DNA of 58,539 nucleotides from a virus (taxonomy: Duplodnaviria > Caudoviricetes): positions 1 to 58,539 of the IMG/VR virus record IMGVR_UViG_3300031857_000203. One strand, 5' to 3'. The translations under genes were made by a program, and so were the position numbers. Position 1 is the stretch's first letter. The number at the start of each line of letters is the position of its first letter. This document shows, one piece after another, positions 37,701-48,167 of the stretch. The notes below the pieces were generated by a model that saw nothing but the letters and a program-made list of their open reading frames with translations, was not told the DNA's origin and searched no databases.

Positions 37701-40700
37701 CGGGGCTCAACGCAGGGGCTGTTGCGCAGATTCAGGCGGATACAGATAGAGAAGCCACCACGTTTGATGGCAGCACCTTCGGCAGCATGAAGTCTGCTAT
37801 GGAGGCCGCTAAGGCTCAGGGCTACAACAACTTCATTGGGCCTGATGGCAAGACCCACATGGTGTCTTCGCCTGTTGTGGCGATCCAGGCTGGGGCTTTT
37901 GACGGGACTACGTTCGGTTCTGTAAAGGCGGCAAGTGATGCCGCTAGAGAGGCCGGGAAGACGACCTTTGTCGGGCCTGACGAGCAGCACTACATGGTTC
38001 TAGATCCTGCCCAAGAAGGCGCGATCAAAGACGAGATTAAGCAGACTAAGACGTTTGGGCAGGCGTTTGCTGATGCGCGGGCAAAACTTGGCCCAGGCAG
38101 AACGTTTGAGTGGACGAACCCTGAGACTGGACAGACGAAGACCTACAACACCTACACCGCTACGGAACTGTACGACGGCTCCCGTGCGGGATCTAAGACT
38201 GATGCTGCCATCCTTGCCCACCAGAACGGCAAGACGATGTTCCAGTACGACGGAAAGATTTACAACATCCCTGCTGGCTCACTGGATAACGTAGGCAATC
38301 AAAACCGTGCAGAAGCTAGGCGTTTGGTTGAGGCTAATGCAACGGCTATCAGCAACGAGCAAGCCGCGGCTCTTGAGAAGAAGCTGCAGACCAAGAAGCT
38401 GGGTGACTTGGATGGTGTTTCTGGGGCCGTAGCTAATCTGTTTGGCTTGTCCTTGCAAGGCTTGGGAGAACAAGTCCGCTACTTTGCGACTGCCGGCGCT
38501 GCTGCTACTGGCGGGAACATCAACAACTATTACGACCGAGTTGGCGCTGCAATGGTGCAACTTGGTGAGTCGTTGACGTCTAGGTCATTGGATCAACAAA
38601 AGTCCTCCGCTGAAGCGGGGATGCGTGATATTGCCAAGGCAGACTTCAAAGATCAACCTTTGATGTTTGCAAAACTTGCAAGAGACAATTTTGGTTGGTG
38701 GCTGTCAGAAAACGGCAAAGAGATTGTTCAGGAGTTTGCTCCGTATGCTACGGCTATTGGAGTCGGTACTATCGCTGCGACAGGTGGAGCATCTGCCCCA
38801 GTAGTTGCTACTCTGGCCGCAGGTTCATCCGCAATTGTTGATGGGCTTGAAGCATTTGGGTCAGGTGTAAAAGAAGCATACGAAACCCTCAGGAAGCAGG
38901 GCGTACCAGAAGAGTACGCAAGATCACAGGCCATAAAGAATGGTTTGATGCACGCGCTAGTTGTTACGCCAGTTGAGTTTCTTGCAGACAAACTGACTCT
39001 TGGCGCTTTGACCTCTAGCCTGACAGGCGGCATCAAAGCCTACATGGCGAAGAACCTGCAGGCCACAGTTGCGCAGACGGTAGGTGAATGGATAGAAACT
39101 GTTGGTCAAGGGCTTTCTACGAAGATCACCACCCTTGACCGGGCGATGACCGTAGATGACCTCAAGCAAATCAATGTTGAATCTATATTTGCAATGTCTC
39201 TTGGAGGCGGTACTACTGCGTCTATTCTTGCTGGTGGCGCTGTTGTTGATTCTGCGGTAGTCGCAAAGGACAAGCTGGGTCAGAACGTCACTCTGCAAGA
39301 ACTGTTGAGTGGTACGCGAGATGTTGATCTCAACACTCTGAACCCGAACGCCGTAATTGGACAAAACGCACAAGGCCAGAACGTTACTCTTGGGTCGCTG
39401 TCCGCTGTAGCGATTGATCAGGGCTTCACGCCTGCAACGCTAAACGAGTCGTTGCCTAGTTCGTTCACAACGGACAACAACATTGTTCTGAGCCGCGATG
39501 CGCTGGGTAATGACATCACTTTGGGAGATGTGTTCTCGGGTCAGACTCCTGCGGAGCAAGCCCGTACAGTCATTCAAGATTATGTTGGCCTGGGACTGAC
39601 TGCCAAGACTCCGACAAACCGTGTAGTTGCTGTCAATCCTGATGGGACCGTAACCGTTGCTGATCAAACAGGCAACTCAACAACTGTACGAGCTGAGACA
39701 GACCTAAAAGTAGGCGATTCAGTCAATGTTGATCCCAATCGTGGGACGGTGTCCCTTGCGACTTCTCAGGTTGTTTCTGTTGATAGCGCCAACAACACTG
39801 CGACTGTTAAGAGTGAAGATGGCGCCACCAGGGTGGTCTCAACAACTGGTGACGTCAAGGTTGGCGACACAGTAAACACCAACCAAGTCAGCAACACCGC
39901 AACGGTTGCTTCTACTGCAGGGGCAACGACAGGTACTGCTGGAGCTACTACTGGGTCTACTGTAGGTACGGTTGTTGACACTGCAGGCAGCGGAACTGTT
40001 GTTGACACTACAGGCGCCACTACGGGTGCTACTGCAGGTGCTACTACAGGTGCTACTGCTGGGGCCACCTCTGGTGCGGCAACTGACACTACAGGTGCTA
40101 CTGTAGGAACTGTTGTTGACGCGGTAGCTGACACTGCAGGTGCCACTAATGGCGCTACTACTGGCGCTACTGCTGACGCGGCAGGATCTGACACTACAAG
40201 TGGTGCGGACATAACGGCTGGCGTTACTGCTGATAGCGCAGCGTCCGACACAACGCAGAACACTGGGACAGTAATTGCTGTAACCGACAGTGGCGATAAG
40301 GCTGTTGTTGAGCTTTCAGATGGAACTACGGCTGTCGTTGGTACGCCTGGGGGCGTGAATCCGGGAGACTCTGTAACTGTTGACCAGACTACCAACACTG
40401 CCAGCATTACTGGAGGTGGCAATACTGCTGTTACAGACGCGGTGGTGCAGAGCGTCAACACAACTAACGGCACGGCCACGGTTGTGACGGCTGATGGCAC
40501 CAAGACTATCGTTGATACGGGTGGTACGAGTGTTGCGCCTGGGGCTATTGTTAACGTCAACACCAGCACGGCGACTGTTGTTCCTACTGCGGCCCCAGGG
40601 CCTATTGATTCACAAGCTGTAGCAGCACCCGGTCAATATGTAGCGCCTGCTGCTGCTCCGGCGCCTGTATACCCAGTCAATCCTAGAGTTACATCGCAAG

Positions 40701-43700
40701 CTGATCTGAATGCGTATGTTATCAATCGGTACAAGTCTGGCGATACTCCGTCAGATATCTTGATGGATCTCTATTCATTTGGATACACAAGAGACGGCAT
40801 TGGGCCTACTGGGGCTATGCAGGCGCTGACAAACTCAGTCGCCGTTGCTGAAGAGGTCGGTGTTCAGCCTGGAGTGACGAGTGTTGCTGATCTTGGAAGC
40901 TACGTTATTGGTCAACTGTCTGCGGGCAAGACGCTGGATCAGGTTAAGTCAGGCCTTACGTCTCTTGGGTACGCGGCTGATTCAACAGATGTGACTCGGG
41001 CGATTGATGTTGCCAAGGCTAAACGTCCAGACTTCTTCCCGCAGGCTCCAACGCAAAGTGTGGCCGCACCTCAAGTACCGACACAGCAATACAAGGTCTT
41101 GAGCATCTTCCCTGACGAAGGTTTCGCTGTTGCGATGAACTCAAGGGATCAGTCCAGTGTTGCCATGAGGTATGAGCCTGGAGTTCAGGCGGGTACGGTT
41201 GTGCAGTTGCGCCCGCAAGACATTGGTATTCGTGATCCTTTGACGGGTGAGTTGAAGTTTGGGGCTACAACTGGAAGCCTTGCGGTTGTTATCTCCCGCA
41301 ACGGAAACGGCACATATAACGTACAAGATTCCTCTGGGAAGATTTACGCAGTAGCCGCACCTGCGGGTACTGCAATAGATAGCATCATTGAGGTTGATCC
41401 TGTTGCCAAAACAGTTGTTACGGCTGCGGCACCAACTCCTGCGCCTGCTCCTGCTCCGACACCTGCTCCAGCACCTGCAACAATTGCTCTAGACCCGAAT
41501 AAGACGTCCATCGCTCAACTTAATCAGTACATTGATCAGGCCTTGGCTTCTGGAAAGTCATTCGATCAAGTGGCTAATGCAATGCAAGCTGCTGGATACA
41601 GCAGTGCCTACATTGACCAGAAGCGTCAAGATGCCAAGGACGGAACGGCCACGGACGAAACAGATTGGGCCTTGTTTTTTAAGCAGAGAGAAGATCAAGC
41701 AAGACGGGAGGAAGAACTAAGACTGAATCCGCCTGCAGCGCCTACTCAGATTTCTGGTTGGGTGCTTAGTGTTGATGCTGAAAACGCTGTAATTCAAGAC
41801 GGATTTGGGAATAGAACGCTTGTCACTGCATTCCCTGGGATGAAGGTCGGCGGTCAATATACGATTAACCTTCAGAATCAAACGATGACCAACCCGTATA
41901 CGGGGGAGGTTACGTCTCTGACAGGCCCAGCTCCAACTGGTCGGATTGAGGGAAAGATCGTAGATGTAGGCCAGTACGGAGACACCGCAACGGTTGCGTT
42001 AGCAAACGGCAGTGTCGTACAAGTAGCTGCAGGTAATCCTGGGGAAAGTTTCACTTTCGGAGAATCAGTTACGGTTGATACGCAGGCGGGAACCAGATTG
42101 GCGCCTGCGTATAAGGTCACTACCAACCAAGCCACCGTAGTCGCAACAAACGAAACTGGCACCAAGGCGATTGTGGAGTCCCAAGACGGGACCACTGCAA
42201 TTGTTGACGCGCCTTTTGGTGTCACGACTGGTGATACGGTAGCTGTAGACCCTGCGACCAATACTGCGGTCTTGACTACTGAGCCAACCCCTGTAGAGAC
42301 AATTACTGAGCCAGTTACCACGCCATCCGTTGAGCCAACTACTGAGCCGACTGTTGAGCCTTCAACTGTTGTTGCAGTCAATAACGACAACACTTTGGCG
42401 GTTGTTCAGTCTCCTACTGGAGAGACTTCGGTTGTTCAAACATCTCCTGACATCAATGTCGGAGACAGCGTAACTGTTGATCCTGTAACCAACACTGCCA
42501 CGAAGGCAGATGCTGTTGTCAATACAGTTGCCGATACAGCTATTGATTTGACTACAGACAATCAAGCAATCGTAGTCGCAACAAACGACACCGGCACAAA
42601 GGCGATTGTGGAGTCTCCAGATGGGACTACGGCAATTGTTGACACGCCTTCTGGTGTTACGACTGGAGACTCAGTAACTGTTGACTCAACAAACAACACA
42701 GCCACCACAGTTGAAGACACAACTGTGACTGATGCAGCTACACAAACAGATACCACTCAAACTGCAGTAGTTGTTGCTGTCAATGACGATGGCACAAAAG
42801 CTGTTGTTGAGACAAACGACGGCAATGTAAAAGTTGTTGAAACGGTTGACCCTGTTAATACAGGAGATACGGTTTCGGTTGATCCAACAACCAATACGGC
42901 GACCAAGACAGATGTTGCTGTTGATGGCAATCAGGTTGTTAACACCGACACTGGCGTTGCGGTAGACACTGCCACTGGTGTGGCTACAAATCCAAATACG
43001 GGCATTGAGGTAGACACGAACACTGGTGTAGTGGTCAATCCAGATGCGAACACTGCTGTTGATACCAGTGCGAACACCGCAACAACGGTTAATCCAGACA
43101 CAAACACTCAGACAAATGTTGACACCAGCACTGGCACGACGACTACCGTTGATGCCGCCACTGGCACAGAGACTGTGGTTGACCCGACAACAAACACTCA
43201 GACAACCGTTGATCCAAACGCAAATACTCAGACGGCAACTGACGTAACGACGGGGACAACCACAACGGTTGATGCGAACACTGGCACTCAAACGACTGTT
43301 GACCCAACAACCAATACGCAAACAACAACAGACCCGAATGCCAACACGCAGACGAGTGTTGACAACAACACTGGGGTGACTACGACTGTTGATGCAAATA
43401 CAGGCACACAGACCGCAGTTGATGCAGCGACAAACACTCAGACAACCGTTGACCCAAATGCGGGCGTACAAACGACGGTTGATCCAAATGCCAACACTCA
43501 GACCGTCACAGACACGGCTAGTGGCATAACAACAACAGTTGATGCAAACACAGGAACACAGACAACTGTTGATCCAACCAGCAATACACAGACAGCGGTT
43601 GACCTGACAACCAACACTCAAACATCGACTGATGCAGGCACAAAAACAAACATAGATGAGCCTGAAATTCCTCCTGCAGATCCTCGTATCGCCCAATTGC

Positions 43701-44536
43701 AAGAGCGAATTGATCAATTAGTCCAGGCGGGTCTTGATGAGACGGCAGCCACAAATGCTGCAATGTCTGAGTTGACTGGTCAGTTGGCTACTCTGACGCA
43801 AGCACAAACAGCACAAGAACTGGCTGCGGCAAAGGCGGCAGAAGAAGCTGCAAGAAAAAAACGGATGCAAAGTGGCTTGCAGATGTTGGCGCCTGCTGCT
43901 GGTAAGCCTGCTGATGTTTTGCCTACTGTGTCTCCATTACAAACATCGGGCGCCGCAAAGTTCATCAGCCCCCTTGCCGCGTTCTTGTCTCAAGTTGAGA
44001 GGAACGACTACACCCCAACTCCAAGGCAGCAACAACCTATGACTCCAAGCCAACCGATGGAACAACCCGACCGCTACGCATACGGCAAAGAGCAGAGCAT
44101 TGACGAACTGCTTGATCCGTATGGAGAGAGGAAGTCTGAAGAAGCTCCAGCATTCAAGGCGGGTGGTCTAGCTACTCCGCTGTTTGCGATGGGTACTCGA
44201 TATGGCCAGTATGCAAAGGGTGGTTTGAACGTAGTTCACCACTCCGGTAAGGCTCGAGTTGACTTCCGTCGAGGGGATGCTGTGACAGGGCCGGGAGACG
44301 GGCAGTCTGACGACATTCCTGCGATGCTGGCCGATGGTGAATTCGTCTTTCCCGCGGACGTAGTTGCTGCGCTAGGAAATGGCTCAACGAAGGCTGGATC
44401 AGATAAACTCTACGACATGATGCACTCCATCCGTGCTCACGCGAGGTCGTCTGGTCCGAAGGATCTCCCACCGCCTGCCAAGTCTCCTCTTGAGTATCTC
44501 AAGAAGACCAGCAAGCAAAAGTCAGCTAGGGGTTAA
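34742..44536 (+). CDS. Giant 3264-aa virion/ejection-associated protein: N-terminal pectin-lyase-like beta-helix, repeat arrays, C-terminal GPGDGQSDDIPAMLADGEFV domain
   Basis: YFPAGTY..NVTLIGDG with N/S ladders; uninterrupted ORF; located before ejection genes. Confidence 0.8.
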   Translation: MANPSIRDVASMLPSDWATKSGSQRIAWFNENSVTPDELAIAGIPDSDIDAFYDMGFKGGATRTASDAQVNVQEAFGISGVVDVKALNRALILGGTFYFPAGTYTFSSALNIPSNVTLIGDGAGETVFLAGENYSPDMPLARVIHQSSSVNINGVTFDGGNNPRGSRALVEIRNVSDVNFANSGVQNTPYTGVDLGGSQNVTIQNSVFANTGNPQSTKMGGPAIYAGGEGQYQSKNINVVNNTFKDNNWSAAYFMPDGGQFSNNTCVNNGESTLFMNHTGKNVTIANNVIDGSRRMDISGSGLELGGQNLQVYGNKISNCAADGISLTDVSNSVIKDNAIFNNGQESSSYLGFANASGIGVHTTSNVSNNVIQGNSIYDDQQTPTQQYAIGGWAENNSSFQNSTISDNSVYGNAKGAVLELTPIFGSSVAEAQKTQQQAPQPVAQQAAQPVAEQPAAAPSPAPSAASGSNPFANLKFESRYQPTGASVESGNPTEQYAGEFATLDGAEVQKTYDLVGQTEQDTGQSVFSGYSKSVAAPEYGQGFYRTDVYDTNGKYVSSNIHNPGEDKYGLRALSQLAVMAVTMNPAIGAVIGGSITTGLGISASAATNAFIGNTVINTVLNGGDIESAVKSSVASWAGAQAGQLAGETAKTMFSNPEGIKLISNVANQATRAVVLGQDVETAALNTLVAGAVDYGTAKIPGFDSLPDAVKSTIKQSISAAVQGQDIDAGAMLANAAKEGLLAYGLNQIPQFKDADARTQSFITTMLRSGIDGGDLSESAVKWAIGQAQQELQKVFKAGPALDELKKAGIISDASYYGLDDRQKELVDRLSQQKDPKAAAAQYINEQTTTPEEIRQFYKQITGKDATDADAELLSTFTGMDEATAKVGLDNQIRANIAVDEMRFDELNRVFNDPQMTDQDLINVMKEYNITPAFVEKITGQKYDDIVRQMDARFMSEDEVVDAFKSAREAAGLEPRDPTPDEIRRYTGLNAGAVAQIQADTDREATTFDGSTFGSMKSAMEAAKAQGYNNFIGPDGKTHMVSSPVVAIQAGAFDGTTFGSVKAASDAAREAGKTTFVGPDEQHYMVLDPAQEGAIKDEIKQTKTFGQAFADARAKLGPGRTFEWTNPETGQTKTYNTYTATELYDGSRAGSKTDAAILAHQNGKTMFQYDGKIYNIPAGSLDNVGNQNRAEARRLVEANATAISNEQAAALEKKLQTKKLGDLDGVSGAVANLFGLSLQGLGEQVRYFATAGAAATGGNINNYYDRVGAAMVQLGESLTSRSLDQQKSSAEAGMRDIAKADFKDQPLMFAKLARDNFGWWLSENGKEIVQEFAPYATAIGVGTIAATGGASAPVVATLAAGSSAIVDGLEAFGSGVKEAYETLRKQGVPEEYARSQAIKNGLMHALVVTPVEFLADKLTLGALTSSLTGGIKAYMAKNLQATVAQTVGEWIETVGQGLSTKITTLDRAMTVDDLKQINVESIFAMSLGGGTTASILAGGAVVDSAVVAKDKLGQNVTLQELLSGTRDVDLNTLNPNAVIGQNAQGQNVTLGSLSAVAIDQGFTPATLNESLPSSFTTDNNIVLSRDALGNDITLGDVFSGQTPAEQARTVIQDYVGLGLTAKTPTNRVVAVNPDGTVTVADQTGNSTTVRAETDLKVGDSVNVDPNRGTVSLATSQVVSVDSANNTATVKSEDGATRVVSTTGDVKVGDTVNTNQVSNTATVASTAGATTGTAGATTGSTVGTVVDTAGSGTVVDTTGATTGATAGATTGATAGATSGAATDTTGATVGTVVDAVADTAGATNGATTGATADAAGSDTTSGADITAGVTADSAASDTTQNTGTVIAVTDSGDKAVVELSDGTTAVVGTPGGVNPGDSVTVDQTTNTASITGGGNTAVTDAVVQSVNTTNGTATVVTADGTKTIVDTGGTSVAPGAIVNVNTSTATVVPTAAPGPIDSQAVAAPGQYVAPAAAPAPVYPVNPRVTSQADLNAYVINRYKSGDTPSDILMDLYSFGYTRDGIGPTGAMQALTNSVAVAEEVGVQPGVTSVADLGSYVIGQLSAGKTLDQVKSGLTSLGYAADSTDVTRAIDVAKAKRPDFFPQAPTQSVAAPQVPTQQYKVLSIFPDEGFAVAMNSRDQSSVAMRYEPGVQAGTVVQLRPQDIGIRDPLTGELKFGATTGSLAVVISRNGNGTYNVQDSSGKIYAVAAPAGTAIDSIIEVDPVAKTVVTAAAPTPAPAPAPTPAPAPATIALDPNKTSIAQLNQYIDQALASGKSFDQVANAMQAAGYSSAYIDQKRQDAKDGTATDETDWALFFKQREDQARREEELRLNPPAAPTQISGWVLSVDAENAVIQDGFGNRTLVTAFPGMKVGGQYTINLQNQTMTNPYTGEVTSLTGPAPTGRIEGKIVDVGQYGDTATVALANGSVVQVAAGNPGESFTFGESVTVDTQAGTRLAPAYKVTTNQATVVATNETGTKAIVESQDGTTAIVDAPFGVTTGDTVAVDPATNTAVLTTEPTPVETITEPVTTPSVEPTTEPTVEPSTVVAVNNDNTLAVVQSPTGETSVVQTSPDINVGDSVTVDPVTNTATKADAVVNTVADTAIDLTTDNQAIVVATNDTGTKAIVESPDGTTAIVDTPSGVTTGDSVTVDSTNNTATTVEDTTVTDAATQTDTTQTAVVVAVNDDGTKAVVETNDGNVKVVETVDPVNTGDTVSVDPTTNTATKTDVAVDGNQVVNTDTGVAVDTATGVATNPNTGIEVDTNTGVVVNPDANTAVDTSANTATTVNPDTNTQTNVDTSTGTTTTVDAATGTETVVDPTTNTQTTVDPNANTQTATDVTTGTTTTVDANTGTQTTVDPTTNTQTTTDPNANTQTSVDNNTGVTTTVDANTGTQTAVDAATNTQTTVDPNAGVQTTVDPNANTQTVTDTASGITTTVDANTGTQTTVDPTSNTQTAVDLTTNTQTSTDAGTKTNIDEPEIPPADPRIAQLQERIDQLVQAGLDETAATNAAMSELTGQLATLTQAQTAQELAAAKAAEEAARKKRMQSGLQMLAPAAGKPADVLPTVSPLQTSGAAKFISPLAAFLSQVERNDYTPTPRQQQPMTPSQPMEQPDRYAYGKEQSIDELLDPYGERKSEEAPAFKAGGLATPLFAMGTRYGQYAKGGLNVVHHSGKARVDFRRGDAVTGPGDGQSDDIPAMLADGEFVFPADVVAALGNGSTKAGSDKLYDMMHSIRAHARSSGPKDLPPPAKSPLEYLKKTSKQKSARG

Positions 44537-44538
44537 AC

Positions 44539-45501
44539 ATGAGTATCACCCAAGGCGCTCCGCTGCCGGATATCACCAAGACGACGACGACGACTCAGAC
44601 GGCGCCGGACTACTACACCAACTACCTGACGCAACTGTCCAACACGGGGCAGGATGCTCTAAAGAGAACTGCAGCAGAAGGCATTGCGGCGTATGACCCT
44701 CTGCAAACGCAGGGGTATGGCGCTCTTACTACCGCTGCTGACGCCTACAAGCCTGGGCTAACTGCTGCGGGTCAGACTGCTGCTGCCGCAGCAAGTGGCA
44801 TCACTCCTGACCGCATCAATGCTCTGATGAATCCGTACACCACGAACGTGGTGGATGAGATGGCGAGGTTGAGCCAGCAGAACCTGCAGCGCAATCTTCT
44901 TCCCTCTCTGAAGGCTGGATTTGTAGGTTCTGGTGGTCTTGGAAGCCAGCGCTACGCGGGGGCTCTAGGACAGTCTCTAGCAGACGTTCAATCTAATCTG
45001 ACGGGTCAGCAGTACGGTGCTCTGTCTAAGGGATATGAGGGCGCTCTGAAGGCCGCTATTGATGAGATGACGGGCCAGACTGCTGCATCAAGGGCGCAGG
45101 CTGAGATTGCTGGCAAGGAGCAAGAACTCGGATTGACGGGTGCTCAAGCTCTGACCAAGGCAGGTGCTGAACGTCAGAAGTACGAGCAAAGCAAACTTGA
45201 CTTCCCGCTGAATCAGGCGACCAACGTGTCTGGGTTGTTGCGTGGCTATCAAGTGCCCCTTACCAGCGAACAGAAGTTTGTTGGTCCGGAGGCTGGTGCA
45301 TATCAACAGTCTCCGCTTGCGACCGCTACTGGATTGCTTGGGGTCTTGGGGTCTGCTGCTGCAGGTACTGCTGGTGATCGACTGAAGTCGCTGTGGGAGA
45401 AAGTGTTTGCAGGTACTGCCACTCCGCAAGACACGGCTTCGCTGTACACGTTGTATCAAGTACCAACTCCTGCTGACGAAGATCGTGGGCCTGGGGATTA
45501 A
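44539..45501 (+). CDS. DNA ejection protein (P22 gp7-like, putative)
   Basis: MNPYTTNVV..GGLGSQR; Ala/Gln/Gly-rich; position. Confidence 0.6.
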   Translation: MSITQGAPLPDITKTTTTTQTAPDYYTNYLTQLSNTGQDALKRTAAEGIAAYDPLQTQGYGALTTAADAYKPGLTAAGQTAAAAASGITPDRINALMNPYTTNVVDEMARLSQQNLQRNLLPSLKAGFVGSGGLGSQRYAGALGQSLADVQSNLTGQQYGALSKGYEGALKAAIDEMTGQTAASRAQAEIAGKEQELGLTGAQALTKAGAERQKYEQSKLDFPLNQATNVSGLLRGYQVPLTSEQKFVGPEAGAYQQSPLATATGLLGVLGSAAAGTAGDRLKSLWEKVFAGTATPQDTASLYTLYQVPTPADEDRGPGD

Positions 45502-45513
45502 CAGGAGTCAAAC

Positions 45514-47136
45514 ATGGCTGTTGACACACTTGAAGAGTATCAGCGCAAGTACCAAGAGGCTCTTGATCGGGTAACTCAGTCTTTGGACGCAAGAAAGAAC
45601 AGGCTGTTTGATCCGGTTCTGCTTGCGATGGCAGAAGGCTTCTTGGCTCCTACCCGCACGGGTTCTTTTGGAGAGGCCCTAGGAAACGCTGCTGGAAAGC
45701 TGCGAGGCGCTGAAGAAGCAGAGTTCAAGCGAGAGCAGGAACTTGCCCAGGCTCAGTTAGGCGTAGCCCAGCAGGGCATGCAGCTTGAGCAACAGAGGGC
45801 TCGTCAGCGCTTCCTAATGGGTCAAATGGAGCCTGGGGCAGCGCCTCCGCAACCTGGGTCACAAACTCCGGGACAGCCACAACCTGCAGGGCAGCCTGGA
45901 GCACAACCGCCGACTCCTATGGCCGCACCGGCTGGGGCACCTCCTGCACAAGCGGCGGTAGCTCAACAGCCTCCGGGAACTGAAGGCATCAAGGGTGAGC
46001 CTTTCATGCCGCCCAACCCCAATGTCGCCAACAGTGTGAACCTCCTGCGGGCGGCAATGATGGACCCGAGTAAGGGCATTGTTGACATTACCGAGAAGCT
46101 GGGGGAGCTTCAACGCAAGCGGTATCAGGAGACTCCTGAAGGCATGGTGGACTTGGCTACTGGTTTGCTGTATCGAACCAAGAGACCAGACATTACGCCG
46201 GTAGCAATTCAACTGCGGACTATCAAAGGCCTTGAAGGTCAAACTCTCAATGTCCCTATGACTAGGGCAAGAGAACACGATGATGCCTTAAGGGAAGCCA
46301 TGAGCGGCAACCCCGCAAGGCTTAGAGAGATTGAGAAGTCTTTGGTCTCGTCCTTTGCAGAGCAGCCCGCGGCTCCTTCGCAGGGAGCACCAAGTGGCCC
46401 TGGCAGAGTCTTGACTGCTCAAGAACTTGAATCGTCTGCCGCAGAGGAAAAAGAAACTGCAGTAGGACGCGCTAGGACTGCTGTTGAGAGAGAAAAGCAG
46501 GTAACAACAAATACGGCTGCTGCACGATCAATGCTGTTTAACGCCAATCGAGTTCAACAGCTTGTGAGTGAGAGCCCGCAGGGCTTTGGCATGTTCTCTC
46601 GCCCAGGTATCGCCTCTGCGTTCGGCAACCTGATCAACGAAGGCATCAAGGCAGGCACAACCAGTGTAAATCTTGGCGGGTTTGAGAACAGTGTTCGGCA
46701 GCTTATGCCCAACATAAGCCAAAAAGACTTGGATAATGTTTCTAAGACTGCTGGCACGTTGGCTGAAATGGAGCTTGCCTACACGATCTTGTACATGCAG
46801 AAGCAAGGCGCGATTACTGAGGGCGAGAGAGCAATTGTTCGCAATATCGGAGGAAACATAAGTCAAAGCCCAGGCGTATTGATGCAAAAGGCAAAGCTGA
46901 TTGCGATGCGTGCGCAGCATGACATCAACATCGGTGAAGCATGGAGCCGATACCAAGAGCAGAACCCGAGAGCGAACTACAACCAGTTTGAGCGGTCGCC
47001 AACATACAAGAGCCTGATAAGCAACTACGACCAAGACCTTGCTAAGGCATTTTCTGTCAATCCTCCTGCACAACAGCCTGGGGCTACTCCATCCGGTAAG
47101 CCCAGATTCACTATTCGTCCAGTAGGGGGTCAATGA
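45514..47136 (+). CDS. DNA ejection protein (putative)
   Basis: LAMAEGFLAPTRTGSFGEALG, QGAITEGER; helical. Confidence 0.6.
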   Translation: MAVDTLEEYQRKYQEALDRVTQSLDARKNRLFDPVLLAMAEGFLAPTRTGSFGEALGNAAGKLRGAEEAEFKREQELAQAQLGVAQQGMQLEQQRARQRFLMGQMEPGAAPPQPGSQTPGQPQPAGQPGAQPPTPMAAPAGAPPAQAAVAQQPPGTEGIKGEPFMPPNPNVANSVNLLRAAMMDPSKGIVDITEKLGELQRKRYQETPEGMVDLATGLLYRTKRPDITPVAIQLRTIKGLEGQTLNVPMTRAREHDDALREAMSGNPARLREIEKSLVSSFAEQPAAPSQGAPSGPGRVLTAQELESSAAEEKETAVGRARTAVEREKQVTTNTAAARSMLFNANRVQQLVSESPQGFGMFSRPGIASAFGNLINEGIKAGTTSVNLGGFENSVRQLMPNISQKDLDNVSKTAGTLAEMELAYTILYMQKQGAITEGERAIVRNIGGNISQSPGVLMQKAKLIAMRAQHDINIGEAWSRYQEQNPRANYNQFERSPTYKSLISNYDQDLAKAFSVNPPAQQPGATPSGKPRFTIRPVGGQ

Positions 47137-48167
47137 TGGCTGAAATTCAGCAGTACGAGGCGGAAGCCACTGACGGCAGTGGGATGATCATCAGGTTCAC
47201 CGCCCCCAAGGATGCGACTCCAGAGCAACTAAACATAATTGCAGAGCGTCTATTTGAGATGGAGCGCAAGGCCAAGCAACCAGGGACTCCGCCTGCGCGA
47301 GAACCGGGTGCTGCTCCTCAAGCTGCGCCACCACAGACTGCTCCTATGGAGCCCCCTGAGATTCCAGCCCCGGTTAGTGGCATGCCGGACATGGGCGATT
47401 TAGAGGAAAGGATGAATCAAGCTCAGAAGGAGCAAGATGTCCGGATGGGTCAGATCATCGGTGGCGGTGCTGGCCTTGCTCTGGGAACGGGTAAGGCTGG
47501 CCTTGACGTAAGTCGCTCTGCTCTTCAAGGAATCGGGCGCAACATTGCACAAGGCGCAGCAACTGCTCAAGGCCCTCAAGGAGGGACCAGTGGAGAGAAG
47601 TGGGCTCGTAACTGGGCAGGGCAGGAACGCCCAGGCATAGGTGGTGTACCCCAAGCATCTGCTGCATATCAGCGATCCAAGGGGCAGGGCAAGGTCTCGG
47701 AACGTCTAAGCAAGATGTATGGGCCAGCAGGACCAAATGAGCCTAAAGCGTTGGTGGATCGCCTTATAGCGCGTGGTACTCCTCCATCGGGTCTTGAGAG
47801 GGTCAGCGCCATATTCCAATCAATGATCGGTCCTGCATCTTTGGGTGCGAGATATGCACTGCCTCCTCTGGCGCTTGCTGCTGCTGGTGGAGAAGGCATT
47901 CGTGCCAAGCAGATGTACGAAGAGGGCGACACGACTGGTGCGACTCTTGCTGGTCTTTCTGCTCTTGGTGCTGTCGGTTCGCTGACGCCGCTTGCACCTA
48001 TTGCGGCTCCTATTGGTATGGGTGCTGGGGCTATGCAGTACATGCGCAGCCGACTAGAGCCCGACCAGAAGGAACTGTCTTACGAAGAAATGGCGGAAGC
48101 ATCTCAGCCATCATTTGCTACCCCTGCAGGAAGGCAAGCAGTGATGCGCAGGATGCCCCGCCCGTAA
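47133..48167 (+). CDS. Internal virion/ejection protein (putative)
   Basis: Gly/Ala-rich hydrophobic helices; last gene of the structural operon. Confidence 0.55.
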   Translation: MMAEIQQYEAEATDGSGMIIRFTAPKDATPEQLNIIAERLFEMERKAKQPGTPPAREPGAAPQAAPPQTAPMEPPEIPAPVSGMPDMGDLEERMNQAQKEQDVRMGQIIGGGAGLALGTGKAGLDVSRSALQGIGRNIAQGAATAQGPQGGTSGEKWARNWAGQERPGIGGVPQASAAYQRSKGQGKVSERLSKMYGPAGPNEPKALVDRLIARGTPPSGLERVSAIFQSMIGPASLGARYALPPLALAAAGGEGIRAKQMYEEGDTTGATLAGLSALGAVGSLTPLAPIAAPIGMGAGAMQYMRSRLEPDQKELSYEEMAEASQPSFATPAGRQAVMRRMPRP

